This document shows, one piece after another, positions 19,996-31,300 of a DNA stretch of 64,000 nucleotides (its first letter is position 1; each line of letters begins with the position of its first letter). Both the position numbers and the translations under genes were made by a program. Source of the stretch: a virus (lineage: Duplodnaviria > Caudoviricetes); IMG/VR virus record IMGVR_UViG_3300014204_000120, positions 1-64,000 of that record; one strand, 5' to 3'. The notes beneath the pieces are model-generated. The model saw only the letters and a program-made list of their open reading frames with translations, was not told the origin of the DNA and searched no databases.

Positions 19996-20610
19996 ATGCC
20001 AAAAGGGATTAACGCGCTGGAGTTAAGAAAATTTTTTAGATCACCTGAAACTACGTTTGGGAAGTCTATACAGAGGAATTGGCAGTTTTCGGCGATGTTT
20101 ATATTTAATCCGTTAATGGGATTAAGTAGATTAGATGTAGCGCCGGAGATTCAGCCGTTTCATATATTAGATATAACGATACCGACATATGAGTTTGAGA
20201 AGGTAGTGATGATGTATGGACAGGTACCAAAGAGTATGCCTGTATTAAAGTTTGAGGGTTTTAATATAGATATAGTTATGGAAGAGGATGAAAAGGCTTC
20301 TGTAGAGTATTTTATTAATTGGAATCAAAGAAATATTATTAATAAGGATGGTTTATATAATGCACCGGATGATGCTAAGATAAGTGCGTTGATTGTAGAG
20401 ATACAGGATAAGACAGGAGATCCAGTTATATATTATATTTTTCATGATTTATATTATTTAGCAGCTACACCGGCGGCTTATTCATATCAAACTAGTGAAA
20501 GTATTAAAAGAACAGTAACATTTGGAGTTGATAGAGTTACTGAATATTTTACTAAGCAGAATTTAATATATAAGACGAGTAGTTTATTTAGTTCAATAAG
20601 AAAACGTTGA
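19996..20610 (+). CDS. Tube-fold baseplate/tube-initiator protein (gp54-like)
   Basis: gp19-like pattern (DITIP, YYIFHDLY...YSY...TVTF); position after the tube gene. Confidence 0.55.
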   Translation: MPKGINALELRKFFRSPETTFGKSIQRNWQFSAMFIFNPLMGLSRLDVAPEIQPFHILDITIPTYEFEKVVMMYGQVPKSMPVLKFEGFNIDIVMEEDEKASVEYFINWNQRNIINKDGLYNAPDDAKISALIVEIQDKTGDPVIYYIFHDLYYLAATPAAYSYQTSESIKRTVTFGVDRVTEYFTKQNLIYKTSSLFSSIRKR

Positions 20611-20671
20611 TTTTGAAAAAGTATTAAAATTGATAAAGTATAGTAATTTTCTTTAATATAAATAAAAATAT

Positions 20672-21928
20672 ATGAAAGTACAACGAACCGAAAGACATAT
20701 AATTGTTAAAAATAAATCCTTTGATGAAATTACGTTTTTATCAAAGAACCTATATAATTATTGTAATTATATTCTTCGTCATGTTTATTTTAATAAATTT
20801 GATGAAATACCCGAATATAAACATCTTATTAAATCCTTCAAAATTAAAGATAAAGAATTCTTTAATATTGATCAATATGATCTAATATCAGAACTAACGA
20901 AAAATAATCAAGTAGATTATAGAAAATTACCATCACAAGTAGCTCAACAGATAATTTTGTTATTGTATAAAAATTGGAAAGTGTTTTATAAATCTTTAAA
21001 AGTATTAAGTAAATTAAATGGTAAACCTAAAATGCCTAATTATAAAGATAAAGGAGGTAGAAATGTTGTAATCTTTACGAATCAACAGTGTCGTTTAAAG
21101 TCAGATGGGATGATATATTTTCCTAAAAGCACCAATATTCAGCCGTTGAGTACGAAAGTTAAATCGTTTAATCAGGTTAGGATAGTACCTCAAGCAACGT
21201 GTTATGTTGTAGAAGTAGTATATGAGAAAGAGATCGAAGTTTGTAAGGATTTAAATGATTTATTATATTTAGGAATTGATTTGGGTGTAGATAATTTGGC
21301 TACATGTGTAGATAATATAGGCAATAAACCTTTTATTATAAATGGCAAGATTATTAAATCTATAAATCAATTTTTTAATAAACAGAAATCTGTTCTTCAG
21401 TCTTATATTGGTAATAAAGGAACATCTAATAGAATTAATTCTTTAACGCACAAGAGGAATAATAAAGTTCAAGATTATCTTCATAAGACAAGTAGATACA
21501 TAATTAATTATTGTATTAATAATAAGATTAAAACAATAGTTATAGGTCATAATAATGATTGGAAAAATGAAGTAAATATGTCTAAAAGGAATAATCAGAA
21601 TTTTGTTTATATTCCATTTGCAACATTAATACAGCAAATCCAATATAAAGCAGAAGAAGTTGGAATCTCTGTAATTGAAATGAACGAATCTTATACCTCT
21701 AAATGTGATTCTTTGGCTTTAGAAGAAATTAAAAAACACGAATTTTATATTGGTAAAAGAATAAAAAGGGGTTTATTTCAATCATCTATTGGTAAATTAA
21801 TTAATGCTGATGTAAACGGTGCTTTAAATATTTTAAGAAAAGTAATCCAAGATGGTTTTGTAAAAGACCTATTGGATAAAGGTAATGTGTTTTTGCCAAA
21901 TAGGATTAATCCTATTAAAGTTACCTAA
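20672..21928 (+). mobile_element. tnpB: IS200/IS605-family TnpB RNA-guided nuclease, no tnpA
   Basis: SKNLYNY, LGIDLGVDNLA (RuvC-I), IVIGHN..WK, ESYTSK, NADVNGALNI (RuvC-III). Confidence 0.9.
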
Positions 21929-21939
21929 TAATTTTAACA
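21838..21939 (+). ncRNA. Putative TnpB omega-RNA scaffold overlapping the tnpB 3' end
   Basis: Position typical of omega-RNAs; successive hairpins ending in TTAACA; covarying copy at 57326. Confidence 0.65.
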
Positions 21940-21961
21940 ATTTTTTAATGGAGAACATAAC

Positions 21962-22846
21962 ATGAAAATGGAAGATGTGAAAGATGGTGAATTGAAATCG
22001 TTAGAAAGTAAGCCAGTTAGAGAAACTCGTGATGTACAGAGTGATGAGCAATTAGTTGGAATGGTACAAGCAATGAAACAAAAAGCACCATTGCAACAAG
22101 AAGCTATTGGTGAAAATTCAAATTATTGGGAAATTACAGGATTGCCTTCAAAAATGAGGTTTTATGATCCTGTTATGAAGATTTTAGGAAGGCCATTAAA
22201 GGTTCCGGAAGTTAAGAAAATATCTTCTATGAATGAAGATAATGGTGATTTTGTTTTAAATGATATTGTTAGGAAGGCTACAAAGAACATTAATTGTGAT
22301 GAATTATATGTTGCAGATAAACTTTTTATTATTTTTTGGTTAAGAGCAAATACATATAGAGATAGTGGTTTTATAGTCAATTATACTTGTATGAATAAAG
22401 AATGTGGTAAAAAGATAACGCATCATTTTGAAGTTGATGATTTAGATGTGACGTATATTTCTGATAGTTTTGATCCTAATAAGGAGTTTACATTGCTTAG
22501 TGGGATTAAAATAAAATATGATTATTTAAGAGTTAAGGATGAAATTTTTATTGAGAAGTTTAGGGAGATTAATTCTGAAGCTATTGGTGAAGTTGATAGT
22601 GAGTTGTTATCAATGGCTCAAATGATTAAAACTATTAATGGAGTTGAAAAGACTTTATTGCAAAAGTATCATTGGATGATTGAAGCTGATCCTAATGATT
22701 TTGCATATTTAAAAAGTTATATAGAAAAGAATGGTATGGGAATAAAGCCTTATATTAATGTGAAGTGCGAGCATTGTGGAGGAACAACCCCAGTGGGGAT
22801 ATCCTTTCGCGCAGACTTCTTTATTCCCGATTATAAGTTTGAATGA
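21962..22846 (+). CDS. Baseplate hub assembly protein, T4 gp26-like
   Basis: LPSKMRFY, D..FI.FWLRA..Y, CxxxxC and CEHCG, ends DFFIP. Confidence 0.7.
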   Translation: MKMEDVKDGELKSLESKPVRETRDVQSDEQLVGMVQAMKQKAPLQQEAIGENSNYWEITGLPSKMRFYDPVMKILGRPLKVPEVKKISSMNEDNGDFVLNDIVRKATKNINCDELYVADKLFIIFWLRANTYRDSGFIVNYTCMNKECGKKITHHFEVDDLDVTYISDSFDPNKEFTLLSGIKIKYDYLRVKDEIFIEKFREINSEAIGEVDSELLSMAQMIKTINGVEKTLLQKYHWMIEADPNDFAYLKSYIEKNGMGIKPYINVKCEHCGGTTPVGISFRADFFIPDYKFE

Positions 22847-23048
22847 TATACTTGAAATACAATTTCAATTGACTTATAATTTACATATATCTTTTAGTGA
22901 TTTTGATGATATGGAGTTTTATGAATTGATTTGGCTTTATGAAAGAGTTGCTGATGAAAAGCATAAGGAAAATGAAGCAGAAAATAGTAATAGGAGAGGA
23001 ATACCAATATCAAAAATGTTAGAGAGTGGAAGAATACCAAATGGTTGA
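22776..23048 (+). CDS. Small baseplate/tail assembly protein (gp51-like); start uncertain
   Basis: FQL...HISFSDFDDM.FYE pattern; overlaps the gp26-like gene; no clear ATG with RBS. Confidence 0.5.
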   Translation: MEEQPQWGYPFAQTSLFPIISLNDILEIQFQLTYNLHISFSDFDDMEFYELIWLYERVADEKHKENEAENSNRRGIPISKMLESGRIPNG

Positions 23049-24807
23049 AAAACAAGATAAAGGAAACGATTTTTTAACTCATAGTTTTTTGAGAAATACT
23101 GCATTTGCTAAGCAAGAAAACGTTAGCGCGCAAAACCGTAATTTAGGTATTTTTTCAACTAAAGGTATTAAAGAACTGTTTAATATAACAAAAGAACTTA
23201 GAAATATTAATAAAAATTTATTAACTCAAAAAGCATCTGCCAATAAAAAAGACTTTGTTCGCCGTGAAGATACTAACTTGAAACTTATTAAAGAAGTAGA
23301 CGATCTTGAAGAACTAATGAAAGAAAATAATAAGTTGCAAAAAAAGAAATCTAGCGGACTATTAGGAATGATTGGTAATATAGCTAAAATGGGACTTGTT
23401 GGTGGATTAGTTGGATATTTATTATTTGGTGATAATAAGTATATTAAAGCTGCGCGTGATATGTTTAAAACAGTTGGTGGTTTTATATGGGATGGTTTAA
23501 AATGGGTCGGTAAAAAGATTAAAGATTGGTGGGATGATGGTGGAGATAAATTTACACTTGGAATAATGAATAGTATTAAGGATGGATTAATTACAGGTAT
23601 TAAAGGAATATGGGAATGGGCTAAAAATAATCCAGAATTAGCTATAGGTGGTGGATTAATAGGGGCATTACTTACTGGTAATATTGGTGGGTTAGCTAAA
23701 TTAGCTACTTCATTAGCTACATTATCGTTTGATGTTATGGGTCAAATGGTAAAACATCCAGGATTTGCTTTGGTATTAGCATCAACAGCAGCTATTGTTT
23801 ATGATATAATTAAAGCCAAAGAAGTTGCTGATATAGTTAAACAAACAAAAGAAAAAGAAAAAAGTCAGTATGCGGATAGAACAACTTCATGGAAAGATAG
23901 AGCTGTAGCACAAAATTGGAAAATAGAAGATAAACAAAGACTATATGAAATTTTAGGGCAAGAAACAAATTTACAAAATGCTTTATATGGTACAACTCAG
24001 GGAAGTTTTTCTAAAAGAGGATCTAGAGTTAAAAAAGTTGGCGAACAAATGGGATTATTTGATCCTGGTCGTCGTCCTGATGTAGCTCTTCAATTTGCAC
24101 CTACTGGTAAATGGACAGACGAATCAAGAACGCAAGCATTACAATATGAGTATAACAGACTTGGAAAAACAAAAGGATCAATGGCTAAACAATATGGATC
24201 TTATACTTCAATGAGGTTTAATGAAGATCCAAATGAAATATATCCTGGTATTAAATTAGCTGATTCGAGTGTAGACATTGAGAATTTAAATCCACCAGTT
24301 CGAAAAAAATTATTAGATTTGGGTGAAGCTTATAAAGCTAAATATCCAGATAAAAGTATTGTTATTAATTCTGGGCGTAGAACACGTGAACAACAGCAAC
24401 AATTATATGATGAAGCAAAGGATAAAAGTAAAGTAGCTATTCCTGGAAAATCTCCTCATGAATTCGGATATGCTGTTGATATTCAAACATTAGGAAATGA
24501 AGGTTTTAATGATTGGTCATTAGCTACTAGTAAAGGTTTTCATAGACCTATAGCATCTAAAGAACCTTGGCATACTGAATTTGGTCAACATGGTACAACG
24601 GTTGATAGTGAATATGGGGATCCTGTTAATAATAATTTGCCTAGAAGTACTATAGAAAGAATAATGAAAGGAGAACAAAACGATCCTATTGATTTATCTG
24701 AAAAAACTATTAGTTTATTAGCAGATGCTTTAGGTATGTCAATGAAGGGAGTTATGCCAAAAGGTCAAACACCAAGAGTTAGTTTTGATACGAGTATGAG
24801 GAGCTAA
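23041..24807 (+). CDS. Tape-measure-like tail protein with C-terminal M15-family peptidoglycan peptidase
   Basis: Helical Gly/Trp-rich region, then SGRRT..QQ.LY, PGKSPHEFGYAVDI, EPWH (HxxxxxxD...H zinc site). Confidence 0.75.
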   Translation: MVEKQDKGNDFLTHSFLRNTAFAKQENVSAQNRNLGIFSTKGIKELFNITKELRNINKNLLTQKASANKKDFVRREDTNLKLIKEVDDLEELMKENNKLQKKKSSGLLGMIGNIAKMGLVGGLVGYLLFGDNKYIKAARDMFKTVGGFIWDGLKWVGKKIKDWWDDGGDKFTLGIMNSIKDGLITGIKGIWEWAKNNPELAIGGGLIGALLTGNIGGLAKLATSLATLSFDVMGQMVKHPGFALVLASTAAIVYDIIKAKEVADIVKQTKEKEKSQYADRTTSWKDRAVAQNWKIEDKQRLYEILGQETNLQNALYGTTQGSFSKRGSRVKKVGEQMGLFDPGRRPDVALQFAPTGKWTDESRTQALQYEYNRLGKTKGSMAKQYGSYTSMRFNEDPNEIYPGIKLADSSVDIENLNPPVRKKLLDLGEAYKAKYPDKSIVINSGRRTREQQQQLYDEAKDKSKVAIPGKSPHEFGYAVDIQTLGNEGFNDWSLATSKGFHRPIASKEPWHTEFGQHGTTVDSEYGDPVNNNLPRSTIERIMKGEQNDPIDLSEKTISLLADALGMSMKGVMPKGQTPRVSFDTSMRS

Positions 24808-24808
24808 T

Positions 24809-25759
24809 ATGGGATTTATATCAGGAGCATTTAATAAAAGTGTGTTTGATAAATCTTCATATAAAGCAGCTATTGGAGATACTAGTATTGATGGAACTAA
24901 TGGTTATGCTGTTATTAAAATTAAACCAGATTATCCAAGAAGTAATGAAGAAGAAGATCCTGTAATAATTGGGGTAATTCAAAAAGATGGTTTATCTTTT
25001 TCGCTGGATGCTAATTGGCAAGAGTTAGGTGGTATGGCAGGATCTATTTTTCCAACAATGGCTACTAAATTCAGAGGGGCATATGAAGTAGCAAACAATG
25101 CTTCAATGATAGCCGGTAATTCAGATTTTGGAGCAGTAGCAGCGTCTAGAAAAATATATCAAAAAAGTGGATATTTGAAAATTAGTCCGAATATAAGAAT
25201 TGTTGACTGGAAGGGAGTAGGTCAACCGATAATGTCAGCTTTAATATTATTGACTTATATTACTCCATCAAACGTACCATTATTAACAGCTGAACAATTA
25301 GGTAATGAAATAAAAGAATTATATGCAAAAATTAAAGATAAATTAGGTGATAAAGCAACTGAAGTATTAGAAAAATTTGAGGGAATTTATAGTAATGCAA
25401 CTAAGGAAATTTCTGAAGCTGTTGATAATGTAACAGTGGATAATAAATTAGGTGGAGTTTTAAATTCAACTAAAAATCAATTATCAGATGTTGAAAAAGA
25501 TTATTCATTAAGATCTTCGCCGGTTCCATTAACAGTTTCTATAGGCCAATTTTTTAAAAGAAGTGATATGATTATTGAAAATGTAAGTATAAATTTTTCA
25601 AAAGAAATGACATTAGCGGGTCCTTTATATGTTGATATAGATATTTCAATGAGTTCTAGAAAAATAGTTTCAAATGTAACAGATATAGGAATTATATTTC
25701 CTGATAATAAGTCTAGAGTATATTATATTGGAGCAAGTGAAAATTCAACAGGTATTTAA
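24809..25759 (+). CDS. Baseplate/tube-cap protein (gp48-like position)
   Basis: C-terminal P.TVSIG.F....IENVSINFS...GPLYVDIDI tube-like motif; synteny. Confidence 0.5.
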   Translation: MGFISGAFNKSVFDKSSYKAAIGDTSIDGTNGYAVIKIKPDYPRSNEEEDPVIIGVIQKDGLSFSLDANWQELGGMAGSIFPTMATKFRGAYEVANNASMIAGNSDFGAVAASRKIYQKSGYLKISPNIRIVDWKGVGQPIMSALILLTYITPSNVPLLTAEQLGNEIKELYAKIKDKLGDKATEVLEKFEGIYSNATKEISEAVDNVTVDNKLGGVLNSTKNQLSDVEKDYSLRSSPVPLTVSIGQFFKRSDMIIENVSINFSKEMTLAGPLYVDIDISMSSRKIVSNVTDIGIIFPDNKSRVYYIGASENSTGI

Positions 25760-25761
25760 TT

Positions 25762-26094
25762 ATGGCGATGAATAAATTTAGAAGAACTAATTTTTATGTA
25801 CAAGAAGAAGTAGATGAAGTATTAGAAAATGATCTTGTAAATAATTATTGGGATTTATTTAAAATAAAGAGAGAGATGTCGTTTGTGACTATAGGTAGAA
25901 CATTTATAGCCAGACCAGATTTATTAAGTTTAAAAGTTTATGGTACTCAAGATTATTGGTGGATATTGTGTAAGCATAATAAAATTGATGATGTTTGGAA
26001 TGATATGACGATTGGAGATGTAATAGAAGTTCCAGATGTTCGGGATATAAATGATTGGTTTTCTGATGTGTTGATTGCAAAAAAGAAAAAATAA
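25762..26094 (+). CDS. Baseplate wedge protein, gp53/LysM-like
   Basis: RPDLLSLKVYG...YWWIL...N.I.D....G..IEVP. Confidence 0.85.
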   Translation: MAMNKFRRTNFYVQEEVDEVLENDLVNNYWDLFKIKREMSFVTIGRTFIARPDLLSLKVYGTQDYWWILCKHNKIDDVWNDMTIGDVIEVPDVRDINDWFSDVLIAKKKK

Positions 26095-26107
26095 GGAAGA
26101 TTAATGA

Positions 26108-27319
26108 ATGGCCGGAATTTTACAACCAGCTGGGCAACAATTTTTATGCTCTTTAGTTATTAAGGGAAATCAATATAATTCCTTAAATATAAATTATTTG
26201 GTCATTCGAGAGTGGATTTTTAATATAATACCTACAATAGAAATACAATTTTTAGATGAAGGATATCTAACAGAAGCAACCCCACTAGAAGATAACGAAG
26301 ATATTATAGTAATATTAGCTAAACATGAAGGCGATGAAAATCCTCTGCAAATGACGTTTTCATTAGATGATTACGAAGTTGGAGTTATTGGTGATAATAG
26401 AAAAACAATAATCACAATGACAGCTCATTTAAAAGTAGAAGATTTTTTCACTACTAAAAATAGAAGTTTATCAAGACGAGATTCTGCTTCAGTATTAGAA
26501 CAAATAGCTCAAGAAGCAAATATTACATTTACTAATCCACAAAATGTTAAACCTACCGATAATATGGTATGGTATCAATCAAATATTAGTAATTTTGCTT
26601 TTGTGAAACACGTATTGAAAAGAGCATATATTCCAGAAGATTTACCATTGTTCTATGCTAACTCAAATAATAAGTTCGTATATACTTCGTTGTTTGCAGA
26701 ATTAAACAAACAAAAATTAAGAAAAGCTAAGTTTAATGTAGAACAATTTGAAATGAACGTAAAAGACGATAACGATAAAGATGAAACTATTTGGTTTAAT
26801 GCTTATGATATTGTAAACTATTCAGGCTTCTATAATAAAATATTCGGTTACGGAGTATCAGTTAATTACTATGATTTAGACCAAAATAGAACATTTAATT
26901 ATTCTGATATAACAAAAGTAACGGATTTATCATATAGAGATAAGAATTTGAAAGGTAAAGCTGTTTTTAATAGAAACGCAGGAGATTTTATTAACTCTAA
27001 TGTTTATAGTGAAGAATACTTTGAAACATATGCTAAAAATAAATTTATACTACATAACTTTTTTGCAATGGGTATGATAATTAATATAAACGCTCTAGAA
27101 ACAGTTAATTTAATGGATACTATTCATATTGAAATACCTTCACAAATGAAAGAAAATAATATAAACGAAGTAATGACAGGAAAATATATAGTAGCAGGAA
27201 TACAACACGAAGTTTCAAACGGTGGATATTATAAGAAAAAGGTCTCAATACATAGAAACGGTATGAATAAAAGCGTTGCATTAGGTAATGATCATATATA
27301 TCAGGTCGAAAAATCATGA
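26108..27319 (+). CDS. Baseplate hub protein (gp27-like)
   Basis: Between gp53-like and gp5-like genes; C-terminal GKYIV.GI.H motif. Confidence 0.6.
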   Translation: MAGILQPAGQQFLCSLVIKGNQYNSLNINYLVIREWIFNIIPTIEIQFLDEGYLTEATPLEDNEDIIVILAKHEGDENPLQMTFSLDDYEVGVIGDNRKTIITMTAHLKVEDFFTTKNRSLSRRDSASVLEQIAQEANITFTNPQNVKPTDNMVWYQSNISNFAFVKHVLKRAYIPEDLPLFYANSNNKFVYTSLFAELNKQKLRKAKFNVEQFEMNVKDDNDKDETIWFNAYDIVNYSGFYNKIFGYGVSVNYYDLDQNRTFNYSDITKVTDLSYRDKNLKGKAVFNRNAGDFINSNVYSEEYFETYAKNKFILHNFFAMGMIININALETVNLMDTIHIEIPSQMKENNINEVMTGKYIVAGIQHEVSNGGYYKKKVSIHRNGMNKSVALGNDHIYQVEKS

Positions 27320-27966
27320 AAGAAACTATAAGAAAACAAATGGGTATGACTCCTTATGAAATTCAAAAGGAAATGCTAGATGCAGAACCTACTGATAAAA
27401 TGTATGGAGATTATACTGGTATAGTGGTTAATAATAACGATCCTGACAAACAAGGTAAATGCCAGATAAGAGTTTATGGTGTGTTTGGGGATGAAGTGCC
27501 AAATAGTGATTTACCGTGGGCTTTACCAGACTTTAATTTTGTTGGTAGTAAAGTAGGTTCTTTTACAGTTCCACCAAACAATGCATTAGTTAAGGTATAT
27601 TTTGATAGAGGCGATATATATTTGCCTCATTATACTACTAAAGCTGTTAAATCCAATAGCTTACCAACACAAAAGGATACAGATTATCCAAATAATATAG
27701 TTTTAATTGAAACTGATGATGGAGATTATATTACTTTTAATAGAAAAACTAAAGTAATTAAGTTTTACCATCATACAGGATCTCAAATGATTATAAATAA
27801 AGAGGGTGAAGCTGTAATACATTCTGCTCCATCAGTTAGACTAGACTCAACAACACAAGTTATTTTAGGTGATTCTGGTGGATATGTTGTAACAGCTCCC
27901 AATCCTGGTCAAATAGTAACTCAAAGTGGTGCAATTTTAACAGCACAAGCAAAAATTAGAGCATAA
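27316..27966 (+). CDS. Baseplate central spike (gp5 N-terminal OB fold), no lysozyme domain
   Basis: GIVVNNNDPDKQG...IRVYG...LPWA...VPP...V.VYF..GD. Confidence 0.85.
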   Translation: MKETIRKQMGMTPYEIQKEMLDAEPTDKMYGDYTGIVVNNNDPDKQGKCQIRVYGVFGDEVPNSDLPWALPDFNFVGSKVGSFTVPPNNALVKVYFDRGDIYLPHYTTKAVKSNSLPTQKDTDYPNNIVLIETDDGDYITFNRKTKVIKFYHHTGSQMIINKEGEAVIHSAPSVRLDSTTQVILGDSGGYVVTAPNPGQIVTQSGAILTAQAKIRA

Positions 27967-27967
27967 T

Positions 27968-28348
27968 ATGGCAACTTTAGGAGAATTATTAAATATAGAT
28001 TATAAACAAAATTCAATGACGCTTGAAGAACTACAAGTTGCTTTGAGTACTGCTTCTTCTTTACCTATTCTTTCAAAACAGCCTAGCGTTTTAGCGGCTA
28101 TATCTTCTGTTACATCTGCATTAACAGCATATACAATAGCTATCAAAGTTTACAATACTTTATATGCCCTAATGCCATCAATCAAGATAGCTACAAAAGC
28201 AGCGGCAATTCCATTAAATCCGGCTATGGCAACTGAAGTAGCACAAGACGTTCTTCTTCAGGCTCAATCAATTATTATGGAACAAGCAAATCAACTAATC
28301 GTGAATGTTAAAAACTCAGTACTTAATTTAGAGGTTTCAGGAACTTAA
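27968..28348 (+). CDS. Hypothetical protein
   Basis: Tightly coupled ORF in the baseplate operon. Confidence 0.6.
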   Translation: MATLGELLNIDYKQNSMTLEELQVALSTASSLPILSKQPSVLAAISSVTSALTAYTIAIKVYNTLYALMPSIKIATKAAAIPLNPAMATEVAQDVLLQAQSIIMEQANQLIVNVKNSVLNLEVSGT

Positions 28349-31300
28349 ATGGCTATTGATAGTGAAAGAATATATGAACAGATTATGGTCAGGTTAAAAA
28401 CTGTCTATACTACTGTTACTACGCCATTAAGTGCAGATTCAAACGGAGACTTAGTTTATACAGATAAGTCTATTTATCCATTTGATCCAGAAAAATTAAA
28501 TATAGCTATGGGTAAAGATTCAAGTAATAATGATATTTTACCTACATCAGCAGTTATTAATTTAAACTATAATGGCCAAAAATATACTAATATAGAATCA
28601 GTTGTATTAGCTATATCAGAAGAAATAGAACATCAATTAAAATATGAATGGACTTTAGATGATATAAGTGATGTTAGCGCTACTAATGCAGCTGACGAAG
28701 ACGTTTTAATATATAACGCTATTGTTTCTGCATGGCATAATATACCATCTGATACTTTAAGTGCATATCATAATCATGACCAAAGATATTATACTGAAAC
28801 TGAAATTGATGAAAAATTAGCTGAACTTAGTGTGGGTGGTGGATCTACTGGTGTAAATGTTGTATCAATTGCTTTAGTTGCTGAGATTAGTAATAGAATA
28901 TCAGCTGATAATAAATTGTCAAATTTAATTTCATCTACGTCGGCTACGGCGATGAATGCTATATCAGTTGTATCCAATGCAGTTTCCGTAGTTTCTGTAG
29001 CAGCGGCAAATGCATTATCAGTAGCACAGGCGGCCGGTGCAACTGCAGTTCAAGCAAACGTGGATGCAGTTTCAAATAATTTATCTATAACTTCAGCGGC
29101 TGTATATGATGCAATATCAGTTGTATCAAATGCGTTATCTAATGAAATAAGTAATAGGATTTCTTCTAATAATGTTTTATCTAATTTAATTTCATCAGTA
29201 TCAGCAGCGATATTGGATGATATATCTGTTGTTTCTGTTGTAGCAGCCGATGCTAAATCAATTGCTAACGTAGCTTCTGGTGTTGCTGTTGATGCATTAT
29301 CTGTGGCGAATAGATTATCATTATCAGCCGACAATATTCTATCAATAGCTAATGACGCAAAATCAATTGCTAATGCGGCTTCTAATGCAGTTTCGGTTGA
29401 GACATCTAATCGTGTTTCTGCGGATAATGCTTTATCAAACTTAATTTCGTCTACGTCAGCAACCGCGATGGATGCTGTATCTGTCGTATCAGTAGTGGCA
29501 GCTAATGCTTTATCTGTGGCTAGTTTAGAGATAAGTAATCGTCAGTCGGCAGATAATGTTCTTTCAAATCTAATATCTTCTACATCAGCTACGGTGATGG
29601 ATGATATATCTGTTGTATCTGTAGTTGCGGCTGATGCTAAATCAATTGCTAATGTAGCATCAGGTGTTGCTGTAGATGCTTTATCTGTGGCTAATAGATT
29701 GTCATTATCAGCTGATAATATTTTATCGATAGCTAATGATGCTCGTTCAATAGCGAATGCCGCATCAGAAGCCGTATCAGTAGAAGTTAGTAATCGTCAA
29801 TCCGCGGATAATGCCCTTTCAAACTTAATATCATCAACTTCAGCTACAGTAATGGATGCAGTATCGGTAGTGTCTCAAGCTGTATCAGTTGTATCTGTAG
29901 CGGCCGCGGATGCATTGTCTGTAGCTAATGTGGCTTCCGGTGTTGCAGTAAATGCTCTTTCAACAGCTAATAGATTATCCTTGTCAGCTGATAATATTTT
30001 ATCAATCGCTAACGACGCTAAATCAATCGCTAGTTCTGAAATAAGTAACCGAATATCAGCTGATAATGCGTTATCTAATTTAATTTCATCCACGTCAGCA
30101 ATCGCGATGGATGCAGTTTCTGTTGTTTCAGTAGTAGCAGCCGATGCTAAATCAATCGCTAGTTCCGAAATCAGTAATAGAATTTCAGCGGATATTGCTC
30201 TTTCAAACCTAATATCTTCTACGTCAGCTACGGCGATGCAGGCAATATCCGTTGTATCTCAAGCCGTATCGGTTGTATCCGCCGCTGCGGATGATGCTTT
30301 ATCGGTAGCTAATGCGGCTTCTGGTGTTGCCGTTGATGCTTTATCTGTAGCGAACAGACTTTCATTGTCAGCCGATAATATTCTATCAATAGCTAATGAA
30401 GCAAAATCAATTGCTAACTCAGCTTCTAATGCGGTTTCAGTAGAAGTAATTGATAGACAATCGGCTTCAGCTGCTTTGGAATCACATATTAGTAATGTAT
30501 CGGTCATGACTTCAGCAGAAATCAGCAATAGGATTTCTGCTGATAATGCACTATCAAACTTAATATCTTCTACGTCAGCTACGGCGATGCAGGCTATATC
30601 GGTTGTATCGGTTGTTGCAGCTGATGCTAAATCAATTGCTAGTTCTACATCTGTAGTAGCGGCCAAAGCTTTGTCTGTAGCATCAGCAGAAATGAGTAAC
30701 CGAATATCCGCTGATATTGCTCTTTCAAATTTGATTTCTTCTACGTCCGCTACGGCGATGCAGGCAATATCGGTTGTATCGCAAGCAGTATCGGTTGTAT
30801 CAGTATCAGCGGCAGCTGCCGCAAGCGCCGTTGTTGCTGAGGTAAGTAACAGAAGGTCGGCTTCGGCTGCATTGGAATCACATATCAGTACAGTATCAAT
30901 AGTAGCTAAAGATGCTGCTTCAGCGGCCAATGTAGTATCTGTTGCAGCTGCCGCTGCCGCAAGCGCAGTTGCTGCCGAAGTAATTAACAGGATTTCAGCA
31001 GATAATGCGTTATCAAACTTAATATCATCTACGTCTGCAACTCCACATAATTTATTATCTCCAATGCATGGAGATACAATTGAACAATCACCATATGATG
31101 GGGCTATAATAGTTGCGATGGTAAGAAATGAAGTAACTGCATGGGAAACTGTAGCAGTGCCAGATACAGGATTTGAAGTTAAATCATATTTTGGATTTGA
31201 TGGTGGAGAGACTTATCCAAGTTATAAACTTTTTGATTTTGTTTTCTCCGCAGATAATGCATTATCAAATTTGATTTCATCTACATCAGCTACGGTGATG

